A stretch of 64,000 nt of DNA, taken from contig CAVYJM010000011.1 in NCBI GenBank assembly GCA_963768855.1, forward strand, positions 224,001-288,000. Reading direction: 5' to 3'. The number at the start of each line of letters is the position of its first letter. Positions within the stretch are counted from its first letter, which is position 1. Made by a program: the position numbers and the translations under genes. The DNA comes from an uncultured Thermoplasmata archaeon. Lineage in GTDB: Archaea; Thermoplasmatota; Thermoplasmata; RBG-16-68-12. The notes under the pieces were generated by a model. It had not been told where the DNA came from. It worked only from the letters and a program-made list of their open reading frames with translations, and did not search any database. Positions 46,362-57,140 of the stretch are shown one piece after another.

Positions 46362-47378
46362 ATGACCCTCGGTATCTCTGGGTACGGGGTCGCGATCCCG
46401 CGGCTTCGGATCAAGCGCGAGGACTACGCCAAGGCGTGGGGCACCTTCTCGGCCGCCGGGGTGAACGAGAAGGCGGTGGCGGGCTTCGACGAGGACATGC
46501 TCACCCTCGCGACCAAGGTGTCCCAGCGCGCGCTCGAGTCCGTGCCGCTGACCCCGGACAGGATCACCCGGTTCGCCTTCGCCTCGACGACGCCCCCCTA
46601 CACAGAGAAGCTCCTCTCCGGGACGATCCTCGCGGGACTGGGCGCCCCGAGCGAGACGTACGCCACGGACCACATCTCCTCCACGCGCGCGGGGACCGAG
46701 GCGCTCCTCGCGGGCTTCGAGCACCTCGCCGGGAATCCGGGCGGGCACGCCCTCGTGGCCGCCGCGGACGCGCCGCAGGCGAGCATGTGGGACTCGATCG
46801 AGCACGGCATGGGGGCGGGCGCCGCCGCCTACGTCCTCTCCGGGTTCGCGCTCCTGGCGGAACTCGAAGGCGCCGCGAGCAGCGTGAGCGAGCACTTCGG
46901 CGAGCGCTTCCGGCCGCGGGAGGAGCTGCAAACCCGCGACCTGAATGTCAAGAAGTTCTCCGAAAGCTCCTTCGTCACAAACACGACGAAGGCGGCTTCG
47001 GCCCTGATGAAGAAGCTCGGCCGCAAGCCCGAGGACTATGTCCACGTGGTCATCCAGCAGCCCGATGCCCGCGCGCCGGCCTCCGTGGCGGCGAAGCTTG
47101 GCTTCCAGGAGGCGCAGCTCGCGGCCGGCCTGGTCTCCGTGAACCTCGGCGACCTCGGCGCGGCGTCCACGCCGATGGGCCTCGCTGCGGCCCTCGAGGC
47201 GTCGAAGCCGGGGGACCGCATCCTCGTCATTTCCTACGGCAGCGGCGCGGGCTCCGACGCGCTCAGCTTCAAGGTGCTCTCCGACCGCAAGCCGCCCTTC
47301 ACGGTCTCCAAGGAGGCGGCGCGCAAGGAGTACATTGACTACGTCCAGTATCTCAAGCTCAAGGGAGCGATCCGGTGA
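46362..47378 (+). CDS. HMG-CoA synthase-fold protein lacking catalytic residues (PhlA-like)
   Basis: EKAVAGFDEDMLTLA, GAGAAA, GDLGAAS, SYGSGAGSDA; catalytic E/C/H positions read ASTTPPY, SSTRAGT and QQPD. Confidence 0.8.
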   Translation: MTLGISGYGVAIPRLRIKREDYAKAWGTFSAAGVNEKAVAGFDEDMLTLATKVSQRALESVPLTPDRITRFAFASTTPPYTEKLLSGTILAGLGAPSETYATDHISSTRAGTEALLAGFEHLAGNPGGHALVAAADAPQASMWDSIEHGMGAGAAAYVLSGFALLAELEGAASSVSEHFGERFRPREELQTRDLNVKKFSESSFVTNTTKAASALMKKLGRKPEDYVHVVIQQPDARAPASVAAKLGFQEAQLAAGLVSVNLGDLGAASTPMGLAAALEASKPGDRILVISYGSGAGSDALSFKVLSDRKPPFTVSKEAARKEYIDYVQYLKLKGAIR

Positions 47379-47388
47379 GGTGACCCCG

Positions 47389-47814
47389 ATGGCCCATGTT
47401 TCCGTCCCGATGTACTGGCGGACGATTCCCCAGCGATACCGTCTCGTCGGCCTGAAGTGCAAGAAGTGCGGCAAGGTGAACTTCCCGCCGAAGGGCGTCT
47501 GCAAGCACTGCAACGACTCCTCCGAGTTCTCGGAGGTCCGTCTCTCCGGCCGCGGGAAGGTCCACACCTTCACCCTGATCGGCGCCGGCGGGGCCCCACC
47601 GGAGTTCGCGGACCAGGAGAAGGCGGGCGGCGTCTACCCCGTGACAATCGTCGAGCTCGACGAGGGCCCGAAGGTGATCGGCCAGATGGCCGACGTGAAC
47701 CCGAAGGACGTGAAGATCGGCATGCCCGTCCGCGCGGAGCTCCGGCGGATCTACGAGGAAGAGGGCGTCGTGCGGTACGGCTTCAAGTTCGTCCCTCTCG
47801 AAGAGGGAGCGTGA
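47389..47814 (+). CDS. DUF35 Zn-ribbon/OB-fold protein
   Basis: WRTIPQRYRLVGLKCKKCG...CKHC, GKVHTFT, YGFKF. Confidence 0.9.
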   Translation: MAHVSVPMYWRTIPQRYRLVGLKCKKCGKVNFPPKGVCKHCNDSSEFSEVRLSGRGKVHTFTLIGAGGAPPEFADQEKAGGVYPVTIVELDEGPKVIGQMADVNPKDVKIGMPVRAELRRIYEEEGVVRYGFKFVPLEEGA

Positions 47815-47818
47815 GTCT

Positions 47819-48736
47819 ATGGACAGCCACAAGGTCATGTCGATGAAGGAGGCGATCGCGAAGTTCGTGCACGACGGCGACACCGCGTACCTGGCGGGCT
47901 TCACCCACCTGATTCCCTTCGCCGCGGGGCACGAGATCATCCGACAGGGGAAGAAGGACCTGACCCTCGCCCGCGCCACGCCGGATATCATCTACGACCA
48001 GATGATTGCGGCGGGCTGCGCGAAGAAGATCATCTTTTCCTACGCAGGCAACCCGGGCGTCGGCTCCTTGCGCTGCTTCCGTCGCGCGACGGAGAAGGGC
48101 ATCCCCAAACCGCTGGAGATCGAGGAGTACACCCACTTCGACCTGTCCGGGCGGCTCTTCGCCGGCGCCACGAACATGCCCTTCCTCCCGGTGCGGACGA
48201 ACCTCGGCTCCGACCTGCCCGCGAACAATCCGAGCATCAAGCTCGTCGTCGACCCGTACACGGGCCACCCGATCTCCGTGGTCCCGCCGCTCAAGCCCGA
48301 TGTGGCGGTCGTCCACGTCCAGCGCTGCGACGCCGCGGGGAACGCGCACATCTGGGGCATCGTCGGAGAGCAGAAGGACGCGGCCTTCGCCGCGAAGAAG
48401 GTCATCCTGACCGCAGAGGAGATCGTCGACGAGGCGACGATTCGCTCCGACCCGAACCGCACCCTCATCCCCGACTTCATCGTCCATGCGGTCGTGCACG
48501 AGCCCTGGGCCGCCCATCCGTCCTACACGCAGGGCTACTACGACCGCGACAACGAGTTCTACGTGGCCTGGGACGAGATTACGAAGGAGCACGACACGAC
48601 GATGAAGTACCTCCAGGAATGGGTGTTCGGCGTCGAGGACCGCGCGGCCTACGTGAAGAAGCTCGGCCAGGCGAAACTCGAGAAACTCCGGCCCAAGCCG
48701 CTCATGAGCGTGCCCGTGAACTACGGGAGCGTGTGA
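47819..48736 (+). CDS. CoA-transferase subunit A (glutaconate CoA-transferase family)
   Basis: GFTHLIPFAAGHEIIRQ, DVAVVHVQRCD..GNA, EPWAAHPS. Confidence 0.88.
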   Translation: MDSHKVMSMKEAIAKFVHDGDTAYLAGFTHLIPFAAGHEIIRQGKKDLTLARATPDIIYDQMIAAGCAKKIIFSYAGNPGVGSLRCFRRATEKGIPKPLEIEEYTHFDLSGRLFAGATNMPFLPVRTNLGSDLPANNPSIKLVVDPYTGHPISVVPPLKPDVAVVHVQRCDAAGNAHIWGIVGEQKDAAFAAKKVILTAEEIVDEATIRSDPNRTLIPDFIVHAVVHEPWAAHPSYTQGYYDRDNEFYVAWDEITKEHDTTMKYLQEWVFGVEDRAAYVKKLGQAKLEKLRPKPLMSVPVNYGSV

Positions 48737-48738
48737 CC

Positions 48739-49509
48739 ATGGAAACGTTGCAGCAGGTGAGTCCGAGCGAGCTCATGGTGGCGATCGCGGCGCGCGAGCT
48801 GAAGGACGGGGAGAGCGTCCTCGTGGGTGTGGGCATCCCGAACTTGGCCGCGAACCTTGCGAAGCGGATGCACGCCCCGAACCTGATCATGATTTACGAG
48901 TCCGGGACGATCGGTTCGAACCCGAGCCGCATGCCCCTGTCGATCGGCGACCCGTGCCTCGTCACCGGGGCGAAGTCCGTGTGCTCCATGTACGAGCAGT
49001 TCGCGTACTACATCCAGGGAGGCCGCATCGATGTGGGCTTCCTCGGCGGCGCGCAGATCGACAAGTTCGGGAACATCAACTCCACGGTCATCGGCTCGTA
49101 CAAGCAGCCCAAGGTCCGCCTCCCGGGCAGCGGCGGCGCGTGCGAGACCGCGTCGAACGTGAAGAAGATCATCGTGATCACGCCCCACGAGAAGCGCCGC
49201 TTCATCGAGAAGGTCGACTTCGTCACGAGCCCCGGCTTCCTGGACGGCAAGCCGAGGTGGGAGGCACTCCATCTCCAGGGGGGCGGCCCCTACGCCGTCA
49301 TCACGAACCTCTGCACGATGAAGTTCGACCCCGTGACCGGCGAGATGACGCTCACCGCCCTGAACCCCGGGGTCACTCTGCAGCAGGTCCAGGAGAACAC
49401 GCCGTGGAAGCTCAAGGTCGCGGACCACCTGGAGCAGAACCCCGCGCCGACGGACCAAGAGTTGAAGGTCCTGCGCTCCTTGGACCCGGAGCGAATCTAC
49501 CTCGGGTGA
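48739..49509 (+). CDS. CoA-transferase subunit B
   Basis: GVGIP, IYESG, GFLGGAQIDKFGNINST, LPGSGGA, DFVTSPG. Confidence 0.88.
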   Translation: METLQQVSPSELMVAIAARELKDGESVLVGVGIPNLAANLAKRMHAPNLIMIYESGTIGSNPSRMPLSIGDPCLVTGAKSVCSMYEQFAYYIQGGRIDVGFLGGAQIDKFGNINSTVIGSYKQPKVRLPGSGGACETASNVKKIIVITPHEKRRFIEKVDFVTSPGFLDGKPRWEALHLQGGGPYAVITNLCTMKFDPVTGEMTLTALNPGVTLQQVQENTPWKLKVADHLEQNPAPTDQELKVLRSLDPERIYLG

Positions 49510-49515
49510 GTCCTC

Positions 49516-50859
49516 ATGGGAAGCTTCGACCCGATCGCCGAGTACAAGGCGCGCACGAAGAAGAGCGCGGCGTGGCACGCGGAAGCGAGCCAGCATCTGC
49601 CCGGCGGGGTCACGGGGAACGTGAAGTTCTACGCGCCCTACCCGGTCTATGCGAAGCGGGCGAAGGGCGGCCATCTCTGGGACCTCGATGGGAACGACTA
49701 CGTGGACTACATGCTCTGCTTCGGCCCGATGATCCTGGGACACGGCCACCCGAAGGTCCTCGAGGCGATCCGGAAGCAGATCGACCGGGACGGCACGGTG
49801 ATCTTCGGCCCGCCCCACGAGCTCGAGGTGCGGATGGCGGAGCGCCTCAAGCGCATCTTCCCGTTCGCGGACCTCGTCCGCTTTACGAACAGCGGGCTCG
49901 AGGCGACCCTCCATGCGCTGCGCATCGCGCGAGGGGTGAAGCACCGCGTCAAGATCGCGAAGTTCGAGGGCGCGTACCATGGCAGCTATGATGAGGTCCT
50001 CGTCAGCCTGACCCCCGCGGTGCCCGACGCCGGGCCTGCGGACGCGCCCAAGGCGATGTCCGGCTCCCTCAGCACGACCCCGGCCGAACTGCAGAACACG
50101 ATCGTCCTGCCGCTGAACGACCTCGACGCGTGCGTCCGCATCTTGAAGGCGCACAAGGACGAGATCGCGGCCCTCATCCTGGAGCCCGTCCAGCGCGGCT
50201 TCCTCGTCGCCGACGCGGACTTCCTCAGGGGACTGCGGGAGGCCACGAAGGCGCTCGACATCCTCCTCATCTTCGACGAGATCATGTCCGGGTTCCGCAT
50301 GGAGAAGCTCGGGGCCGTGCAGACGGTCGTGGGCGTGGAACCCGACCTCTTGACCCTGGGGAAGATCATCGGCGGCGGTTTCCCCTGCGGCGCCTTCCTG
50401 GGGACGCGGGAGACGATGGATGCCGTGAACCCGGTGACCCGCCCCGCGAACGAGCGCGTCTTCCATGGAGGCACGTTCAACGGCCACCCGACCGTGCTCG
50501 CCGCGGGCCTCGCGACCCTGGACGTCCTCGAGGAACCGGGGACCTACCCGTACCTGAACCGCGTGAGCGACCAGTTGCGGGACGGACTGAACGGCCTGTT
50601 CACGGACCTCCGCTTCGATGCGCAGGCGATCGGCCCCGGCTCGACGTTCAACATCGTGTTCGCGAAGGGGCCGATGCGGAACTACCGCGACGCGGCGAAG
50701 GCGGACAAGAAGCTCCGCCAGCTCTTCGACTTCGGGATGCTGGCTCGAGGAATCCATTTCCACCCGGACAAGCCGTGGTATACCTGCACCGCGCACACCG
50801 CCGAGGACGTGGACCGCACGCTCTCCGCGGCGGAAGGCGTTCTCAAGCAGATGCGGTGA
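49516..50859 (+). CDS. Class III aminotransferase (GSA aminomutase / beta-amino acid AT-like)
   Basis: LPGGVTG, DLDGNDYVD, FTNSG, KFEGAYHG, FDEIMSGFR, GKIIGGG, GGTFNGHP. Confidence 0.85.
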   Translation: MGSFDPIAEYKARTKKSAAWHAEASQHLPGGVTGNVKFYAPYPVYAKRAKGGHLWDLDGNDYVDYMLCFGPMILGHGHPKVLEAIRKQIDRDGTVIFGPPHELEVRMAERLKRIFPFADLVRFTNSGLEATLHALRIARGVKHRVKIAKFEGAYHGSYDEVLVSLTPAVPDAGPADAPKAMSGSLSTTPAELQNTIVLPLNDLDACVRILKAHKDEIAALILEPVQRGFLVADADFLRGLREATKALDILLIFDEIMSGFRMEKLGAVQTVVGVEPDLLTLGKIIGGGFPCGAFLGTRETMDAVNPVTRPANERVFHGGTFNGHPTVLAAGLATLDVLEEPGTYPYLNRVSDQLRDGLNGLFTDLRFDAQAIGPGSTFNIVFAKGPMRNYRDAAKADKKLRQLFDFGMLARGIHFHPDKPWYTCTAHTAEDVDRTLSAAEGVLKQMR

Positions 50860-51960
50860 TCACGCCAGGCGGCCATAGCGGTCCAGGATCTCGACCACGT
50901 CCGGCACGGGCAGCTCCGCGGACGTGTTCCCGTCCCGTCCGACGACCGTCGTCGCGGTGAAGAGGGAATCCACGATCGCCTCCTCCGTCGCCTCGACGGC
51001 CGCGAGCAAGACCGGGTTGAGCGTCGCGTCGTGGACCCGTTTCTCCTGGAGCACGTCCGGCGGCGCCTCGTAGGGCACGCGGTTCGACGTCGAGAAGGCG
51101 ATCGCGATGTCCCCGCTCCCGTTCGAACTGAAGGAGCCGAGGCGAGCGAGGCCCATGAACGCCCTCCTCGCCACGCGTCCGAGCTGCCTGGAGGAGAGCG
51201 GCGCGTCCGTCGCGAGGACCGTAACGATCGATCCGCCGCCCCCGCGCGGCATAGCGGCGGCCGCCTCCTTCGCGATGAGCTCGCGGCCGACCGGCACGCC
51301 TGCGATCGTGAGGTGCTCCCGCCACCCGAAGTTCGAGAGGACGAGGGCGCCGACCGTCCACCCGCCGTCCTCTGCCTTGAGGCGGCGGCTCGCGGATCCG
51401 ATGCCTCCCTTGTACTGGCAGCACGTCATGCCGGTCCCCGCTCCCACGGCCCCCATCCGGACGTCCTCCGCCGCGACCGTGAGAGCGTCCCGGACGTGGG
51501 AGGGCTTCACATGGAGCCCGCGCGCGTCGTTCAGGAACGAGTCGTCGCACTCCGAGACGGTCGGGGCGACCGCGTCCTCCTCCTTCGCGGCCTCCGGATT
51601 CGACGCCAGCGTGGCCTCGAGGAGCCCGGTGAACACGTTGCCCACGCACATCGTGTTCGTGAGCCCGATCGGCGTCTCGAGCAGGCCGAACTCCCGCATG
51701 CTGACCGCGGAGGTGAGCTCCCCGCAGCCGTTGATCGTGTCCCACATGGCCTTGGGGCGGTCCCGCCACACGTTGCCCCGGTGCGGCACGATGATCGTGA
51801 CGCCCGTGCGGACCGGCCCCTTCCCGTGGACCAGTGAGCCTTCCCCCGAGACGAGGGTCACATGGCCCACGCGCACCTCCCCCACGTCCGCGATCGTGTT
51901 CCTCGGCCCGGGTTCGAGGATCCCGAGGCGCACTCCATACTCCCGGCATCGCGCCCGCAT
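50860..51960 (-). CDS. DmpA/BapA-like P1 (S58) aminopeptidase
   Basis: NTIADV..VRVGH, VRTGVT, ECDDSFLND, GAGTGM..CQYKGGIGSAS, SNFG, GGSIV, NGSGD. Confidence 0.88.
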   Translation of the reverse strand: MRARCREYGVRLGILEPGPRNTIADVGEVRVGHVTLVSGEGSLVHGKGPVRTGVTIIVPHRGNVWRDRPKAMWDTINGCGELTSAVSMREFGLLETPIGLTNTMCVGNVFTGLLEATLASNPEAAKEEDAVAPTVSECDDSFLNDARGLHVKPSHVRDALTVAAEDVRMGAVGAGTGMTCCQYKGGIGSASRRLKAEDGGWTVGALVLSNFGWREHLTIAGVPVGRELIAKEAAAAMPRGGGGSIVTVLATDAPLSSRQLGRVARRAFMGLARLGSFSSNGSGDIAIAFSTSNRVPYEAPPDVLQEKRVHDATLNPVLLAAVEATEEAIVDSLFTATTVVGRDGNTSAELPVPDVVEILDRYGRLA

Positions 51961-52105
51961 GTGTCTCCCTCTCGCCGTTCCGCGAGGCGCGGAGGAGGCT
52001 TAACCTCTTTTCGGGGCGCCCGCCCTGCACGTAGAGTTCCGATTCTCACGACGCAACGCACGAATAGAAGTTCGAAATTCCCGCGCTCGTCGCGAGGGCG
52101 AGACG

Positions 52106-53380
52106 CTGTCCACGATCTCCGGCCGGGTCTACCGGTTCTATCTGTACCAGGCGTGCTCCTCCTTTGCGATCTGGATCCCTTTCTGGGCGCTCTGGATGCG
52201 CGAACACGTCGCCTCCGACTTCGAGTTCACCCTCGCCGACGTCGCGTTCTGGGTCGGCCTCCTGATCTTCCAGCTCCCCGTCGGCGTCTTGGCGGACCGC
52301 CTCGGGCGCAAGTGGACGATCGTACTCGCTGAGTGCTTCCGTACCGCGGGCATCCTCGGCTACGGGCTCGGGATCAACTTGCTGGGCTACGTCGCCGCGA
52401 ACATCATCTGGTCCATCGGCGGCGCCTTCTCCATCGGGACGTCCGCGTATCTCTACGAGACCCTGATGGAGGGCCGGCTCGAGGTCGAGTTTCCCCGCTA
52501 CATCGGCTGGAACACGGGGATCCAGCTCCTCTCGAACGCGGCCGCCGCCTTCGTGGGCGGCGTCCTCGTCTCGATGACGGGGAGCTTCCAGCAGACCCTC
52601 GTGTGGGGCGCGTTGATCAACGTGGTCGCGGTCGGAGTGGCCCTCACCTTCATCAACCCCGCCGTGGAGCGGCACGTCGAGCCCACGGCCCTGCGCCAGC
52701 TCGGGCAGGGACTCCGCATCGTGCGGCGACGGGAAGGCGTGTCGCTCCTCATCGGCCTCCAGGTGTTCATGGGCGTGACCCTGTACCTGATGACGGCCTT
52801 CCGCCCGCTGTACTTCCAGTTCCTCGGCCTCAGCGCGGCGGACATCGGGTTCGCAATCTTCCTCCTCCTGCTCCTCGCGGCGCTCGTCTCCGCCTTCACG
52901 GGCGCGATCTCGGACCGCCTCGGGGAGTTCGGCACCCTGTCCATGCTGACCGCCCTCGCCGCCATCCCCTTCTTCGGGATGTGGCTCGCGGGGCGTGCGG
53001 TGTGGGCCGTGTATCTCCAGGCCTCGATCTACGTCGTTTGGAGCCTGCAGCCCGCGATTCTCTCCGCCTACCTGAACCGGCGTCTCGAGCCGGGGCAGCG
53101 GGCCACGGTCCTGTCGATGGGTTCCTTCGCCTACACCCTCGGGCTTGTGATCGCGGAGCCCCTGGCCGGGTTGACGACGGCCACGACGAACGTTCTGTTC
53201 CTCGGATTGTACCTCGGCCTGCTCACCGCGATCCCGTGTGCCTACATCTTGGTCCGGTGGCGGGCGACCGTGGCGCCCTGGCCCGCGATCCATCCGGTCC
53301 CGTCGCGCCTCGTTCCCGGCGGCGCGGTGGTCTCCCGCTTCTCGCGGGTCTTCGAGCGGCTCGGTCGCCTATGGCCCTGA
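52106..53380 (+). CDS. MFS transporter
   Basis: QLPVGVLADRLGRK, SIGGAFSIGT, GAISDRLG; frame extends upstream of the tracked ATG, start approximate. Confidence 0.8.
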   Translation: MSTISGRVYRFYLYQACSSFAIWIPFWALWMREHVASDFEFTLADVAFWVGLLIFQLPVGVLADRLGRKWTIVLAECFRTAGILGYGLGINLLGYVAANIIWSIGGAFSIGTSAYLYETLMEGRLEVEFPRYIGWNTGIQLLSNAAAAFVGGVLVSMTGSFQQTLVWGALINVVAVGVALTFINPAVERHVEPTALRQLGQGLRIVRRREGVSLLIGLQVFMGVTLYLMTAFRPLYFQFLGLSAADIGFAIFLLLLLAALVSAFTGAISDRLGEFGTLSMLTALAAIPFFGMWLAGRAVWAVYLQASIYVVWSLQPAILSAYLNRRLEPGQRATVLSMGSFAYTLGLVIAEPLAGLTTATTNVLFLGLYLGLLTAIPCAYILVRWRATVAPWPAIHPVPSRLVPGGAVVSRFSRVFERLGRLWP

Positions 53381-53389
53381 CGGGGCGCC

Positions 53390-55174
53390 TCACGCGGTCG
53401 CGACCTCGGGGGCTTCGGCGGGCCGGGGGTTGACGAGGAAGCACGCCACGTAGTTCTCCGGCGCGACCTCAACGAGGTCGGGCTCGGCGGCGAGGTGCAT
53501 CGTCACGACGACGTCCGTTCCGGCCGCGGTGATGTCCCGGATGCCCCGGAGGGCGAGGACCTCCGCCTTCCGCTCTGCCACGAGGGTTCGGAGGCTCTCC
53601 GCGAGCGCGTCGGCGCTGCCTCCGGCCGCGGGGATCCGCAAGGTGCGCAGATCCTGGAGGACGGGCGTGCCCGTGCGTCCGGGCAACACGCTCGGCAGGA
53701 GCGGCTCGAGCGCCTCCTTGACCTCGTCCGCGTTCCAGCCGCATGACTCGAACGCCATGGGGCAGCGGGGATGGAAGCGACACCCCGTCGGGATGTCGAC
53801 GGGGTCGGGCCGTTCGCCCTTGAGGATCGTGCGGGTGGCCTTGTGGCGCGGGTCGGGACTCGGGACGACGGAAATGAGGGCCTGGGTGTACGGGTGCTTC
53901 GGGTGGGCCACGACCTGCTCCGCGGTCCCTTGTTCGACGATCTTTCCGAGATACATGACGGCAATCCGGTCCGCGAGGATCCATGCCAGGCTCAGGTCGT
54001 GGGTGATGAAGAGGTAAGTGAGGCTGCGCTTCGTCCGGAGGTCCATCATGAGCTGGATGATCTCCGTGCGGATCGACACGTCGAGCATGGAGACGGGCTC
54101 GTCGGCCACGATGAAATCCGGCTGGAGTACGAGGCCCGCCGCGATCGAGACGCGCTGGCGCTGCCCGCCGCTGAGCTCGTGGGGGAACCGGAACATGAAT
54201 TCCTCAGGCGGCCGGAGGCCCGTGTCGGTCAGCGCGCCCGCCACGATGGCCGCGGTCTCCTCGGGGCTCTTTGTCAATTTGTTCACCCGGAGCGGCTCGG
54301 CGACGATCTCATACACGGACTGCTTCGGGTTCAGGGACTCATATGGGTCCTGGAAGATCAACTGGAGCCGCTTGCGCAGCCCGCGAATCTGGATTCCGGA
54401 GTACTCCCCGGACTTCATGCGGAACGAGACCAATCCCTGCGCCACGGAGCCGGCCAGGATGGGGACCATGATGCCCGCGAGGATGAAGAAGAAGAAGTTG
54501 GTCCCCCAGGCCCTCCCGATGGCATCTGCCGCGCTCAGCGTAGCTCCCTGGAAGTAGAAGGCGGGGATCGGAGCCAGGAACCACGCCACGAAGGCGACAA
54601 CGGCGAGCGCGAGGGAGGTGCGCCGGGATGGGCGGCTCGGTGGTAGCGTCCCAATGATCCCGACCGCGACGGCGAGGCCGAGGCTGAACGCGTAGACTTG
54701 GCCGATGTCGGCGAAGGGATCCGTGAAGAACCCGATGACCGCGCTCAGGGCGAGGAGGCTAACCGCCGCTGAGACGATAACCATGAGACAGGACAACAGG
54801 TACTGATTGGCCGTCCAGGGGCGATGCTCCTTCCACGTGAGGGAGTACTTGCGCCGAAGCTCCCGCGCCGCCTCTTCCGCGCGGGCATCCTCTGCAGGGG
54901 CCCGGGTTAGCTCGCGGTACCTCTCATACTCCGCGTCGGGCATCTCCAAGAAGATGTCGCCCTCGGTCACTTCAACAAGGTGGAGGATGGCCTTGCCGGT
55001 CGTCGTCTTGCCGCACCCCGATTCGCCCACCAGGCAGAAGACCTCGCCCCGCCGCACGTCCAGGTCGATGCCGTCGACGGCTCGAACCCATCTGCTCGCG
55101 CGGGACATCATCTCCTTGAGGAGACCGCCCCTCTGGCTGAACCAGACCTTGAGGTTCCGGGCGCGAATGATCAC
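53390..55174 (-). CDS. Oligopeptide ABC ATPase OppF/DppF with large internal insertions
   Basis: [48 protein letters not shown]; hydrophobic insert between Walker A and Q-loop. Confidence 0.85.
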   Translation of the reverse strand: MIIRARNLKVWFSQRGGLLKEMMSRASRWVRAVDGIDLDVRRGEVFCLVGESGCGKTTTGKAILHLVEVTEGDIFLEMPDAEYERYRELTRAPAEDARAEEAARELRRKYSLTWKEHRPWTANQYLLSCLMVIVSAAVSLLALSAVIGFFTDPFADIGQVYAFSLGLAVAVGIIGTLPPSRPSRRTSLALAVVAFVAWFLAPIPAFYFQGATLSAADAIGRAWGTNFFFFILAGIMVPILAGSVAQGLVSFRMKSGEYSGIQIRGLRKRLQLIFQDPYESLNPKQSVYEIVAEPLRVNKLTKSPEETAAIVAGALTDTGLRPPEEFMFRFPHELSGGQRQRVSIAAGLVLQPDFIVADEPVSMLDVSIRTEIIQLMMDLRTKRSLTYLFITHDLSLAWILADRIAVMYLGKIVEQGTAEQVVAHPKHPYTQALISVVPSPDPRHKATRTILKGERPDPVDIPTGCRFHPRCPMAFESCGWNADEVKEALEPLLPSVLPGRTGTPVLQDLRTLRIPAAGGSADALAESLRTLVAERKAEVLALRGIRDITAAGTDVVVTMHLAAEPDLVEVAPENYVACFLVNPRPAEAPEVATA

Positions 55175-56172
55175 TTCGGCGGGGGCGCTCGGGCTGTCCG
55201 CGGGACCACCTCCTGGACCTCCGGATAGAGGAAGCAAGCGACTTGGCGTGTCGGGGTGAGGTTAGCCAGCCCGGGTTCCGAGACGGTGCATCGGTCGAAC
55301 GCGTGCTTGCACCTCGGATGGAACACGCAGCCGGAGGGCGGCGAGATCAGGCTCGGGACATTGCCGGGGATGGCCTCGGGCATGAAGCGCTGACCACGGA
55401 TGTCGGGGAATGCGGCGACGAGTCCCTGCGTATACGGATGCTTCGGATCGGTGAAGACTTCCGACGTGGCGCCCGCCTCGGCGATCTTGCCACCGTACAT
55501 GATTACGACCTGCTCACAAGTATCCGCGATCACGGAGAGGTCATGGGAGATCAGGATCATGGAGAGGTTGAGCTCCTTCCGAAGCCGCTCCAGGAGTTCG
55601 AGGATCTGCGCCTGGATCATCACGTCCAGCGCAGTCACGGGCTCGTCCGCGATGACGAGCTTTGGGTTGCACGCGAGGGACATCGCAATCATCACGCGCT
55701 GCCGCATGCCGCCGGAGAACTCGTGTGGGTACTCGCTCAACCGTTTGCGCGGGATCCCGACCAGCTCGAGCAAGTCGCCCACCCGTTTCATCGCTTTCTC
55801 CTCGTCGACGTCCTCGTGGAGCAAGATGGGCTCCGCAATCTGCTTCCCGACCCGCTGGACCGGATTGAGCGAGTTCATCGCACCCTGGAACACGATTGAA
55901 ATGTCCTTCCACCGGATCTTCCGCATCATCGTCTCCGAGGATTTCACAAGGTCCCGTCCGCGGAACTTGATGGAACCCGCGACAATCTTCCCGTTGTACG
56001 GGAGCAGCCGCATGAGCGAGAGCGCGGTCGTCGTCTTCCCGCAGCCGCTCTCCCCCGCGAGCCCAAGGGCCTTGCCCTCCTCCAAGGAGAAGCTGACGCC
56101 TTCCACCGCACGAACCGTTCCAGCTTGGGTGCTGAACTCGATCCGGAGGTCCTCGACCTCGAGGAGGGCCAC
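55171..56172 (-). CDS. Oligopeptide ABC ATPase OppD/DppD
   Basis: [41 protein letters not shown]. Confidence 0.92.
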   Translation of the reverse strand: MALLEVEDLRIEFSTQAGTVRAVEGVSFSLEEGKALGLAGESGCGKTTTALSLMRLLPYNGKIVAGSIKFRGRDLVKSSETMMRKIRWKDISIVFQGAMNSLNPVQRVGKQIAEPILLHEDVDEEKAMKRVGDLLELVGIPRKRLSEYPHEFSGGMRQRVMIAMSLACNPKLVIADEPVTALDVMIQAQILELLERLRKELNLSMILISHDLSVIADTCEQVVIMYGGKIAEAGATSEVFTDPKHPYTQGLVAAFPDIRGQRFMPEAIPGNVPSLISPPSGCVFHPRCKHAFDRCTVSEPGLANLTPTRQVACFLYPEVQEVVPRTARAPPPK

Positions 56173-56174
56173 GG

Positions 56175-57140
56175 TCAGCGCCTCCGGAGTCGCGGATTCA
56201 GGATATCGTCCAAGGCGTATCCGAACAGATAGAACCCGAGAACGAGGACGACGATGCACATCCCCGGCACGATCATCCACCACGGGTTCCCGATAATCAT
56301 CGCGTTCTGACTGTTCGCTTCCTCGATGATCTTGCCCCAGCTCATGTAGCTCAAGCCAGAGAGGCCGAGGAACGCGAGAACGGCCTCGGACAGGATCGAG
56401 ACCGCCACGGTCAAGATCGTGTTCGCGAAGATGAGCGGGAACGCGTTCGGGAAGATGTGGCGGGCCATGATGTGGAAGTTCGAGGATCCGATCATCCGTG
56501 CCCGCTCGACGAACATACGTTCCTTCACGGACAGCACTTGAGCCCGGATCACCCGTGCGGTAATCGACCATCCCGTCAGCCCGATGATGAGCGTCATGCC
56601 CCAGAGCTCGATATTCCCGATGATTGCAGCGACCACGATCATCAGGACGAGCCAAGGGATCGAGAGGACGATGTCGTTGAACCGCATGATGACTTCGTCG
56701 ACCCAGCCCCCGATGTATCCGGAGACAAGGCCCACGGCCGTCCCGACGACGCTCGCGATAATGGCCGAAAGGACGCCAACGATGAAAGAGACCCGGGTTC
56801 CCCAAATCACTTGGGAGTAGATGTCGTCCCCATAGTAGCTAACTCCCAGGGGATGCGCCGCATTCGGGGGAGTCAAAGAGCAATCCAGTCCCGCAGTGCA
56901 GGTCGTACCCAGCGGGACCACCCGCTGGAGGGGTCCGTAGGCGGTCAGGACCGGTGCCAGGATCGCGATGCTCATGAAGAAGATGAGGATACCGAGGCCC
57001 GCCAGAGCCATCTTGCTCCGCCGAACTTGCGTCCAGACTTCCGTGAACCGGCGGTACGCCACCTTCAGAGACGCCCTGAACGGTGAGACGACCTGAGATG
57101 TGACGACCGGCGTAGCTCCCAAGGTCCTCCCCTCAAGCAA
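56175..57140 (-). CDS. Oligopeptide ABC permease OppC
   Basis: HPLG...G.DIYSQVIWGTRVS, FVERARMIG, SEAVLAFLG. Confidence 0.9.
   Translation of the reverse strand: MLEGRTLGATPVVTSQVVSPFRASLKVAYRRFTEVWTQVRRSKMALAGLGILIFFMSIAILAPVLTAYGPLQRVVPLGTTCTAGLDCSLTPPNAAHPLGVSYYGDDIYSQVIWGTRVSFIVGVLSAIIASVVGTAVGLVSGYIGGWVDEVIMRFNDIVLSIPWLVLMIVVAAIIGNIELWGMTLIIGLTGWSITARVIRAQVLSVKERMFVERARMIGSSNFHIMARHIFPNAFPLIFANTILTVAVSILSEAVLAFLGLSGLSYMSWGKIIEEANSQNAMIIGNPWWMIVPGMCIVVLVLGFYLFGYALDDILNPRLRRR

Noticed and set aside
46362-47378. Functional HMG-CoA synthase / mevalonate operon
   Set aside because: Catalytic Glu, Cys and His positions are substituted.
41152-50859. hemL assignment for the two class III aminotransferases
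   Set aside because: They lack the GGVNSPVRAF signature and no heme genes are nearby; likely catabolic paralogues.
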